Assembly (NCBI GenBank): GCA_965644295.1 | Contig: CBFFRP010000176.1 | Span: 1 to 27,686 of the forward strand | Length of the DNA: 27,686 bases | Direction of reading: 5' to 3' | DNA from: Paraphysomonas bandaiensis | Lineage: Eukaryota > Protista > Chrysophyceae | Shown: in pieces, positions 10,977 to 21,544 of the stretch | How positions within the stretch are numbered: position 1 is the stretch's first letter | Layout: each line of letters opens with the position of its first letter | Notes under the pieces: generated by a model | The model's database searches: none | What the model was told of the DNA's origin: nothing | The model's input: only the letters and a program-made list of their open reading frames with translations | Translations under genes and position numbers: made by a program

Positions 10977-12333
10977 ATGTGTTCCGTTAAGCCTTCCTTC
11001 TATTATGTTCGCCCGGTGCTCAGCAGACCTTTGCATAAGTGGCTGTCGTCCTCCAGGCAGTGGGACATAGTGTACGGGGGCTTCCTTCATAACCACATCA
11101 CTCACAACTGGGTGGTGATGGGAGCGATTGGGCTGGATGATAATGAAGCGGAGTCCAAGATGCGGGTACGTGTATATGTATGGGGGAGTTGTTGGGTGAT
11201 GCTGTTTGTAGTGGTGGCGGGATGTCTACTCGAGTCATACGATTGGAGGAGCGGGTCTGGAGCCTGCACGTGATGTTGATTCGTCAATGCACTCGATAAC
11301 TCCTTCAAGCTGGTCGAAGCACATTGTTTTTTCCGACTTCTCGGACTACCCGGCATTCCTTCAATATTTTGATGATCAGTTACGGACTGGAAGCATAGAT
11401 GATGTCGTCCAACGCCACATCCCAGAGCTTATTCACGGTCTGGCTGGCTCTGCGCTACATCCGATTATACATCTTGGTCTAGGGATGGAGTCCGAGCACA
11501 AGGGCATGGTCGCAGAGGGACTTGCGTGCATGTGCTGTGCATGTCTGTCCCTGCCTCTCCCTTCATCGCCTGCACTATGGACAGAAGATTCTTCTTCACA
11601 GGGCCTTATTGATAGCGCTGTTGGATTTCTTTCGCGTGCCCAAGAGGGTTCATTTCATGACCGAGCCAAGAAGGCCAGTGAAACTCCTGAATATATGGCT
11701 CACAACATTGGCTCTTTCCAGCGGCGTCTCCTGGCCTTTACAGATTCTTCTTACCCCATGTTGGGCACCCTCAACGACGCATGTCCCCTGCGTCTACCAC
11801 CCGTTGATCAATCCATGTTTCCAGCTGTAAAGGAGGCTACTGCCCTTGCCGCTGCATCGTTTTTGGCCTCTAACTGTGAATTCTTTGTGATCCACGGATT
11901 AACGAGCCTGCACGGCCTGTTGGTAGTGATGCAGTATTTACCAGAGGACCTTCAGAGGGATGCCATCATACACTGGTGGCGGGCTGTGGCTGCCGTATTA
12001 GTGTGTCAGGGCATTCCTAATGCAGAGGGTCTCTTGGATCGTTTACACCGGTGGCAATACGCGGAGAGTGCCTACACACTCACTGATACTGGAACTGATA
12101 GCCAGGCATTCCCAGTCCCAGTTAACCACGAAGCCTGGTGGCAATCAGCTTTGCACGAAGCGCTGAAAAGCACGGATGAACACGTCCCAAAGGCAGTATA
12201 TGCTTTATGGAGATGGTCATGCTGGCAAAATATGCCGCCGCACTCGCTGGAGCTGTTCCGAGATGCTGCGGCCAATATTGTAAGACCTACTGACGGAGGA
12301 GGGCCTGAGAAGCACATATGGTTTGCAGGATGA
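10977..12333 (+). CDS. Questin oxidase-like (DUF4243/HypA-type) oxidoreductase, ~436 aa, 2 exons
   Basis: Exons 10977-11165 and 11212-12333, joined in frame across intron 11166-11211 (gtacgt..ttgtag). Family motifs: GFLHNHITH, ALHPIIHLGLG.E....VAEGLA, FFVIHGLTSLH, DEHVPK. Confidence 0.85.
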
Positions 12334-13511
12334 TTCGGGCATATTTGGTGAAATGCACCCGAACGCTTTTCTGTCACTTGCATTGAAAGAAGTGTTCGGG
12401 TTAGGGTTTAGATTCCGAACTTTCGTACTGTTCCATTACACTTCACACTCTCATCTGCCACCGTGGTCACTATAAGCTGGGGAATGTACTTTTATCGCAT
12501 TCCGGTAATCGTCTGTTTCGAATAAATGAAAATATACTATATAACATGATCGCCCACACTATTATTGTCTGTTCCGCATGTATTACTTATGTTGCAAGCT
12601 AATTTTTATACCTGCTAATTGTCTACCGAGTAATTGAACTTCGTAACTATGTTGCCTATTCCTATTGTTTGTACAATATTTAGCTTATAGATAAATTCAC
12701 GTGACATTCATGTAGAATCTAGTGAACAGCTGGTCCCCTTGACATCTATATATATCGTATGTATGGAAGAGCCGCCGCAATAACTTGTCGACTCTCCGCT
12801 AAATGTATTGAGATCAATTAACTTCGCCTTTCAAGCACCGGCCTAGGCCTATAAAACTGTAGAACCAGTACCGATAAAAGAAGTTGTCATGGCTATACCG
12901 GTATACCGGTTCAATAAATGAATTTAGAATTCAGACTGCGTAAATTTAAATTGAACGCTTGATGATAAAAAATGTGGCGTTTCATGACAAAAGATGATGA
13001 TGGGCATAGGAGAAATAGTAAACTTGTCACAATATATATTACTCTTGAAATTTAAATAAACTTGCATGGAATTAAGTTTAGATGTAACGTACTGGGTGTA
13101 GCCTGTATGTAGTAAGTATTGATATCCAAACAACATAATTCTGAGGACAATGGAAGACTTCAAGACTTCACATATATCAAGTGTTGTATGTACTATAAAA
13201 TACGCCTATAGTCCACCTGACATCCCCGGAGGCATAAAAATAGATGTTCACATATTCTAGACAGTGTCTGTGAATAGTCTTATTACACTATTAGCAAATA
13301 AATTCATATACCAAATTAAACGTAGATAAGCAATATATTTTGCATACTGCAGACTGCTAGTAATGATGGCAGATGTCGCGATGTATAAAACGCAGATCAC
13401 GCCGCGAATACAGCACACACAACCCACGTTTATGATATAGAGGAGCACAAGAAACAGCATAACACTCTTTGGGCGAGAAGAATATCACTTATCTTCCATA
13501 CTAGTTCAGTG

Positions 13512-15230
13512 CTAGACACTTCCGAAATCAGCTCTCACGGAAGAATCAATGTGTGTTATATGAAACTCACATTCATCGTGCTTGAGTCCGTGTACGACTG
13601 ATATATCTTGCTCATTAGGTATGACCAAGCATTCATCTCCTTCAAACGTATAGCTTGCCCAGTAAGGAAGGGATGGTGTGCCAACAGATATGGTATTAGG
13701 ATCATGGGTCGCACTAACGGCGAAGTTTCCCCAGTATGAACTCATTAGGTCTGCCAGCATTGAATCGACTGACGTTCCAAGAGACCAGTGGAACACATAC
13801 GGCATCTCTGCAGAATGAATAGCATAACTACTCATCATTGAAGTATATTCAAAGTGATAAAGACTGGTATTGCTCTTTCTTGCTCCCGTTTCTTGCAGTC
13901 GAGCTAACTGTTGACTAGCATGTTTAGCAGGACAGGAAAACATATCATCTCCTGTGGACCGCTGGAGCGCCCACCATTCCGTGGTGGTGATTCGTTCATG
14001 CGGTGTTGAAGGATATGTATCTGCCTTATCATACACATAGAGGTCCATAAGTTTTTGAACCTCTCTTGGTGAGTAGCCGCGATTCTCTAACCAGTAAGTT
14101 ACCAGCTCCGATTCGTTCACTCCATACCTTTGGTCAAGACACGTAAAAAGAATACCCTCGTCAGCATTAGTGCCGTGAAGAATAGGGATGTCAGCAATAT
14201 CGCCCGTATTAAGTGCTAACCATGGGTGAGTTGTCATCTCGACTCCATCCACCGTGGGTACATAAGGGCTCAGATATTTGTTAGCTTCTGTGTTAGATAT
14301 ATGGGCATTGTAGACCTCTTCTGTACTTTTCTCGAGCATGCAAGACAAGTCTGAGCAATTCAACAGAGTCTGTAATTCGATATAGACTTCCTGTGCTCGA
14401 GACATCGGCTGAGCGGTCCACTGTGCGAAGCTGCCGGACTCCACAACTGCAGCAGCGAACAGATCCCACGATGCTTTCATGGTGAGGTGGTTCGATACCG
14501 ATCCACCGCCTGCGCTCTCTCCTGCGAGAGTAACCCGAGAACTATCCCCGCCAAAAGAGACTGGCATCATATTACAATTTGATTACTCAGTGAGACAGTT
14601 GCATAACGGTATTTACTCACCAATATTTTTTTGAATCCACTGGAGGCACATACGTTGGTCTTGGAGACCATAGTTGCCACTCGAACCCATATTTGGGTCT
14701 TGCTTTCGAAGCTCCTCCGAGGCGATAAATCCAAATACATTAAGCCTATAATCAAGAGTGACAACTATAATCTTCCCACCCCAATATTCCACGATATCTT
14801 CTCCTGGGTAGAGCTTGCTGGATCCGCTTATGTAAGAACCACCATGAATAAATACATACACAGGGAGTCTCGTGTCGGGATTAGACAGCGCATCTTCTGG
14901 AGCAAATACATTTAAAAATAAACAGTCCTCACTTCCGTTGGGCCAAACACTTTGAATACAGTGTGATCCAAATGCTGTTGCATCAACCACTTCATCGCTC
15001 ATGTACTCATAAGGCTGCGGAGGGGCCCAGCGAAGTGCTCCTATTGGAGGCTTAGCGTACCGGATGCCTTTGAACGATGCGACCGCACCACTACTCGTGC
15101 CTTGAAGGACTGTACCATCCGACAACATGACCTGAGAATCAGACAGCAGCGGGGTGTCCGCACAGGCGCATAGATTCCATACACACACCGCCACGCACAC
15201 CGCCATACGCATCACAGCCAACACACTCAT
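13512..15230 (-). CDS. Secreted type-B carboxylesterase/cholinesterase-family hydrolase, 2 exons
   Basis: Exons ~15230-14621 and 14560-13512 with intron 14620-14561 (GTGAGT..CCAG) give WIQKNIVSFGGDSSRVTLAGESAGG. Motifs FKGIRYAKPP, SEDCLFLNVF, IHGG and triad GESAG / GTNADE / HSAEM. Hydrophobic N-terminus. The exact start ATG (15230, 15212 or 15206) is uncertain. Confidence 0.92.
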
Positions 15231-15818
15231 AGAGAACAGAACAGTCTTATGGTGATAACAGCTCCTCTTACCTCCTAGAGACACTCATCACTACATAGCT
15301 ACATGTTGATGAGGTGTGCAGTGAGACTCGATCCATCTGATGAGTGCTGTGGCTATATATGCATATCTCTATACCATGTAGGTGTACAGCAGGACAGGTT
15401 AAGTACCTATGTACCTGTATGCCAGTACACACCAAACAATACAGGAGTATGATATCATGTGTATACTACTGTGTACGGGTGTGGTCGTACCCCTACACCC
15501 ATACTGATCTATACATAACCACCTCTGACAAGTTAGATCTGTAGATATACTTTTGATTGGATAGGATCATCCGAGAAATCATATTTCAGTTTTTTCGTGT
15601 CTGTTGAAGATCATGCCTATACAAGCCCCCATCGTTTCATATTGTCAGTTACATTGAGCTGGAGCAGCTGAGCTCTATTGAGGGGCGTGCTGTGTGTATG
15701 TCAGTCATATGATGCACCTCACGCTAATTACTTCAATCCATAATAGAGAAAGTTTAATACATACTACTATTCACAGTTACCTCAATTGATAGGCTGTGTA
15801 TTCACTTAAAATATTCCG

Positions 15819-16839
15819 ATGACAACAGATCTTAGATTGAATCCCAGACGGAAACCGTTTCCGGAGACAGGCTCGGCTTTCGATGCCACTAATATGGCAA
15901 CTATTAAGGAGAGACCTGGCGGACATCACATTGGGTCCAGCGTAGATGTCGATGTCAGTGCATTTTCTCACAGTAGAAGGACTGCGAAACCAAACCCTTC
16001 TTCTTCGTTGAAGAGGGGCACTGGGTTAGGGGGAACTGTTGCGGTAAGCTTCAGTCTCTGGATGGTAGTTGTTGTAACGTACTTGTTTATAGGTACCAAA
16101 GATTACTGTCAACGCTGGACCAGATTCACCCCCTTCTAGAAAATCTAAAAGCCCAAAACGCAACCCACACTCTGCATTTGCACCTCGCGCAAACCCTCCT
16201 AATACTGAACTGAGAAGGTCTACTTTCACTCTGTGTTATTGTGAGTATTAACGTTTTATTTCGTGATGTAGATTCTATGAACGCGGCGATTTGCCCATAC
16301 AAATTGATCATGGTGGAGTTGCTAACCGTTTAGCATGGAAAGTTGAAATCCAAAAGCTTGATTTCCACCACTATCTACCAATATTTTTCGACGGCCTGAG
16401 AGAAGTTGAGCAGCCGTATGCCTTTGTTGCAGAGCAGGCTGTCCTTGACATGCTGGAAGCTGGATCTCATAAGGTCCTTCCTGTAATCCCACAGCTTATT
16501 ATTCCTATCAAAACTGCTCTGAATACACGCCAGAAGGAGGTTATCGTGAAGGTTCTCAAGATTTTGCAAGCTCTTGTAAACTGTGACACACAAAATGGAG
16601 GTGGACTCATTGGACAGGCGTTAGTGCCGTACTACCGACAGATTCTCCCAGTACTTAACATCTTTATCAACAATAATGAGAATCTCGGTGACGGTATTGA
16701 TTACAGTCAGCGGAAAAGAATGAACCTTGGTGAACTAATCTCGGAGACATTGGAACAACTTGAGATTCATGGCGGAGAAGACGCATTCATAAACATCAAA
16801 TACCTCGTCCCCACCTATCAGTCTGTTGTCATCTACTAG
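15819..16839 (+). CDS. PACRG: Parkin co-regulated gene protein (axonemal inner-junction protein), ~305 aa, 3 exons
   Basis: Exons 15819-16043, 16093-16217, 16272-16839 with introns of 49 and 54 bp. Splicing restores [22 protein letters not shown]. Also [30 protein letters not shown] and [18 protein letters not shown]. Confidence 0.95.
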
Positions 16840-17153
16840 TCTCTCATATAACTCTGAATCGAGGATGCAATAGGCTAATCGTCGAGATATTTGAAGTAGT
16901 AGTTGTTTTTTCCGATTTAGCGAGTGTTGTTGGAAGGTAGCTGAATTCTGAATTCTGGTACTTTGCTGACAAATCACGTATAGAGCGGATCTTCTTTCTC
17001 TGTGGCTCTACTGAATGATGTATGAATACGAATATATTTGTGGTTGTTAGTTATTTAGCTTGGTATGGTGATAAGTAAATATAGACTGGCTTGTTGAGTT
17101 TTGCTTGTAAGCAGTTCGAAGCTGTTTTTAAGGTTTTTGAATAATACAGTAGT

Positions 17154-17651
17154 CAGCGGCATTAATGGCCATTATATATTCCGGGAACTGGACTACCATT
17201 AATAGTTACCAAGCCCTGAGCTCTGAAGTAGTTTAGACAAGCTAAAATATATTGACTGTATTCAGTATCCAGCACTAACGGGACAGTATCGCTCGAAATC
17301 TACAGTTAGATTGTGTCAAGATCAAGTCTTTACATCTAGGTTCTTAAATGTCGATTTGGTTATAGTTTACTGTTTACTGTTGCTATGGATATTGCTCAGG
17401 AAACTATTCTCTAACTCTAGAATGCATTATGAAGATAGTGAACAAGGTTGCCACAGAGTGCCTGTAGCCTGTAGAGTTGCATGAACATTGTTGTCTAATA
17501 TTGTTTAGAGTTTCTTCGGAGTATAGAGAAGATACTATACTCTATATTATCTTAATAACACTCAGTTCTATATATAGCAGTACAGGTCATTAATGGTAGT
17601 CCGGTTACCGGCAATTATAATGGCATTACCATTAATTGTTACCAGGCCCTG
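17154..17651. mobile_element. Two inverted, partly truncated copies of a ~70-90 bp MITE-like element with CAGGG..CCCTG ends (17154-17218 and 17583-17651)
   Basis: The reverse complement of copy 1 (cagggcttggtaactattaatggtagtccagttcccggaatatataatggccattaat) aligns with copy 2 (attaatggtagtccggttaccggcaattataatggcattaccattaattgttaccaggccctg). Both end taccattaat(a/t)gttacca(a/g)gccctg. Confidence 0.6.
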
Positions 17652-18145
17652 ACATAACTACCAATATTTGATATTAGGATGGTTAAAACTTATCCTTACT
17701 TCATCAAATGCAATAATAAAGACTAGTCACTTTCTTTAATTCAGAATTCAGAAAACTGAAGCAACAGTTGCTCTCCCCTCGTGTTCTTTTACTCACGTTC
17801 CTGTGAGTTCGTACTCTAAATTTCATGACACTTTTATTGATTAAGAAATAAACGACGAGTGCGGTACTGGAAATTATTAAATCATCACTTATTAAGAATA
17901 ATATATGAAAGGGTTCTAATGTAACATAAATATTACCAATTCAGCTTCCATTATTCTTGTCGTATTAGGTGAGTAGTCATTGTTGCCGGAATAATGTTTC
18001 TTCATCAGTGATATACGCATAGTAAAAGAATAATAGATAAGACAAAAAACAGCATGTCACATATTACATAGTTCCATCGAATTAAGAGGTAAAGAAAATC
18101 CTAGAAGATTTTAGAAGCTCAAATGAAACCAGGGTGAATAATCAT

Positions 18146-19573
18146 TTACTTTTCTTGGGCAATAGCACTGTGCCTTGCGACAACACAATTGTATACATTG
18201 TGCATAAAGGCGTCAAATGCAATATCTGTGTATATCATCCCCTTCTCCCTCAAACGCATTTTGAAATCTGACCGAATGATATCTTTAAGAGAGCACTGCA
18301 AGCGCGCAGATGAGAGGCTTGAATGTACATTGTGAGATCCTGTCAGCGGTGTACGCGCCAGAGGATTCATACTGAAGAAGTTCTTTTGAGACATTTGGGG
18401 TTTGGATGAAGTAAAAGAGGCACACGAATGTTCCTCGTCGAGAGGGTTGTCGTTATCTTCGATATCAGTGGCATACGCATCAATCGTATCGTCATATGGC
18501 GGAGTGGAGCCTATCGGTTGATTCACATTCACATTAAGTGATGGAGCGTCTGTTTGATCGCAATCCTTTTTTTCTTCTGAGTCAGATCTCGAAGAGCCCA
18601 CATCACTCACAGGATCATCTAGTTTAGGTAGTTTGCGGTTGTGAGTGCAGTCGCTACTGTCGTTAGTTCTCTTCATGCCTATATGGGTATGTATGTGTAT
18701 ATGCAGGCTGGTTATAGAGATATGAACAGACAAGTTATGTGATTCCTCAATTCGATGGTGTATGTATCCGCAAGCACGCTCTGGTCTACTTGTGCAGAGC
18801 TGTTGAAGTTGGTTTGAACTGAACCGCCCCTGCATATGTATGTATATGCCTACAGGATACGGTCCACTAGTACACATGGGTGCCGGAGATACATGTGTCT
18901 GCAGGGTGTCCATGTAGGAATTCCTACTTGTAAACTACACCAACTTCCAACGTCCACCGTTTCATTTTCAGTTTTTAAAATACAAATGTTTGAAAACGGA
19001 GTATAGTGACATGAAAACCCATATTTCTATGAAAACCACGGGTTTTATCCTTTGCAGGCTGAGAGTCTCTGTGTAGAGGGCTGCATATAGATGGGAGGGT
19101 CTCGGCTAGAAGGTTCATCTGAAGAGACACAACAAACTCCCTCCCTCTCGAGAGGACAGGAGCTGAGGACCCAGCCCACTGATATCTGGTCTGTGTTAGC
19201 GCTATTAGTGCAGTGGAGAAGCACATCAACAACCACCACACACACACATAGCTCTCCGTCCCCAACATGGACTCCATCGGCATGCCAGGCGGAGAGACAG
19301 GCTGAAATAGTTGAGAGCGAGTCCATTAGGACCATCCATGAGCATCCCAAGCCCTGATGAATAGTGCGTGAAGCGCGGGGTGTCAGTCAGAGATACAAAG
19401 ACACACAGTCTCCTCTGTTGTAAGAGACCCTCAGGATCTATCTCGATATCTCCAACAATGGTCGAAACAAACGGACAGTGCGGGTGTAACAAACTGAGGA
19501 ATGTGTTTATTAAGAGTGTTGGATTTTTCATCTTAAACGTTGGGTAGTGATAGAGAATGCCTGAAGCAGACAA
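18146..19573 (-). CDS. Hypothetical protein or degraded multi-exon gene; structure unresolved
   Basis: A 255-codon ORF (18146-18913) with an acidic/Ser-rich disordered-looking segment, plus upstream ORF pieces in GC-richer sequence. No recognisable domain. Confidence 0.3.
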
Positions 19574-20017
19574 CTTGAAAGGTTCGTGTCAAATCAAATC
19601 GCTTCCGCTTTTCTTAAAGTTACTTATACATATTGATTGGGTCACTGTGACATGCTTCGTGTGAGTGAATATTTATATTAATTGTTCCGTTCATGTCAAT
19701 ATAGTTTGTTGTGTGGTTATGGTAAGTGTAGTAAAGACCAAAATTGGCAAAAGAGTTTGTAGTGGGTGATGCTTTGCTTTAAATCTAGTTTACGACATCA
19801 AACAACGTTTCATATCTGAACGCTCAAAAGTAAGCAACTGAGCTTAGTAGCAAAACACTCTCAATTGATAGAAATAGTGCTAGACACTTCCCATTGTATA
19901 TTTTTCCCATTTTTTTCTCAAAAAATTCATTTTTGGTTCAACAGAACGCTCCTACTAGAACAGGAAATTGTAGACATTCACAAGTTCTATTCCGTCCTTC
20001 GGCTGATATAGAGTAAG

Positions 20018-20679
20018 CAGGGCTGCGCAACAATTAGTTGAATTTTCTATGATTCACCAGAAAGATGGCGCCGAACATGCCGATCTTAGTGATGTGCGTT
20101 TCTTATTGAATAGCTTAATTCAGAAATTCCCTAGTACTAGCCACCACCTTGGTGCGGATGCGGACATAAAACTATGAATCAGGCCTTCGAAAATGCTGTT
20201 GTAAAAGTCCAAAGCAGATTGGAGGACACTCTCACTCGACCTGAGATGGTGCAGCTGAAACGTTTTCTGTTGGACAAATCTGATGAAGAAGAAAAAGAAG
20301 ATGACGGTGTGGACTCACTGATGAGAAGACATCAAGAGCGCACAAAGAGCAAAAGCGATTACGCACGACTATTCCAACTAAGTACCACTGCTTGACGCAT
20401 ATTTACTTCACTACTAATTCTGTAGAAAGGCTTTTCAGCAGAGCAGAAATCACCATGAGTGATCTGCGCAAATTCATGGCACCTCATCGATTTAAGGCCC
20501 TTATGTTCTTGCGCTTTAATATGCATCTGTGCAATGCAAGTACAGTTGAAGATGCTGTTCGTGCTTGTAATGAGTAGCTAATTTAATTAGACAATATTGA
20601 GCAATTAAATTTCAATTATAAGTACGCGAGCTATATCTAATAATTGCAATTTAATTGCCCAAACACATGCGCAGCCCTG
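20018..20679 (+). mobile_element. Internally deleted, non-autonomous hAT DNA transposon
   Basis: Perfect 12-bp TIRs CAGGGCTGCGCA (20018-20029) and TGCGCAGCCCTG (20668-20679). Frameshifted C-terminal transposase remnant: DLSDVRFLLNSLIQKFP..HLGADADI / AFENAVVKV..LT..E / TTNSVERLFSRA..MSDLR..M.P.RF.ALMFLRFN (hAT dimerisation motif). No intact 8-bp TSD. Confidence 0.85.
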
Positions 20680-21544
20680 TGTGCAAATGATCTATCTTCA
20701 ATGCGAGGACTTCATAACAATATTTCAATTGTGCTGATGAGTGTCAATGTCACAGCTAATGCTGAAGGTGATTTAAATCAGTGGCACCCAATCTTTTAGG
20801 GTGATTATGTGCGTCATATTATACACATAACATTCGAGTCAGTTGCACTAGAAGGGGTTAAGCGTGTTGTACTTAAATGTGATGATGACGCTCATCATCA
20901 CATTTGTGTACAAACTTCAATCCTCTTGCAGTATTCCTTCTGTTCTATTTTTGAAAGTTGGGAGTTTACTGCTTTAAATTAATCTAGTACAATAGTCATT
21001 ACCGTATATAGATGCCATTGCAAGTTACAAACAGCATGAAGATAAGCTACAATATACAATATAACCACCTAAATAAAGTCGAAAACGCACCTTTTCATGG
21101 TGTTCTGGGGGATAAGTACCGGAGATATTTCTCCGGGAAACTAACGTGAGCCGCATGTATAGACAGCAGATAACTTTCTGCCTCACTCATAGCCAAATGA
21201 TTGCCCACTGAAGTCAAGCATCCGGGAATGGGCCCACCTCAAGGGTATTCGGGGTATTGGGCTGCCTACTGAAGTCAGGCATTCGGGATGTTCACCTTAA
21301 CGACAGAGAGTGAAACTGATTGCACCTTGGTTCTTGCGGTGACACACAAGCAGCTTTCGTAGCGCCTAATAGAGTTAAGTACTTGTTAGTTAAATTGTTT
21401 TGCTACTTTAGTTCTCACTCTTACACGCCTATTGCTAATGACAGTCACTACTAAAAAAATTTTAATAAGGAGCCAATTCTCTGCCCTACGATGGCAAATA
21501 CAGTCCAACATAAAGTTTCACTCTATTAACCAGCTCCAAGCCCA

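Noticed and set aside
12398-12411. Telomere-like gggttagggtttag
   Set aside because: Only about two imperfect units; not a telomeric array.
20734-20770. ctgatgag, resembling a hammerhead ribozyme core
   Set aside because: No GAAA follows the putative stem II.
20845-20905. aggggTTAA (piggyBac-like end) next to a perfect 14-bp hairpin at 20875-20905
   Set aside because: No matching opposite terminus was seen, and the hairpin lacks a correctly spaced Helitron CTRR end, so no element can be assigned.
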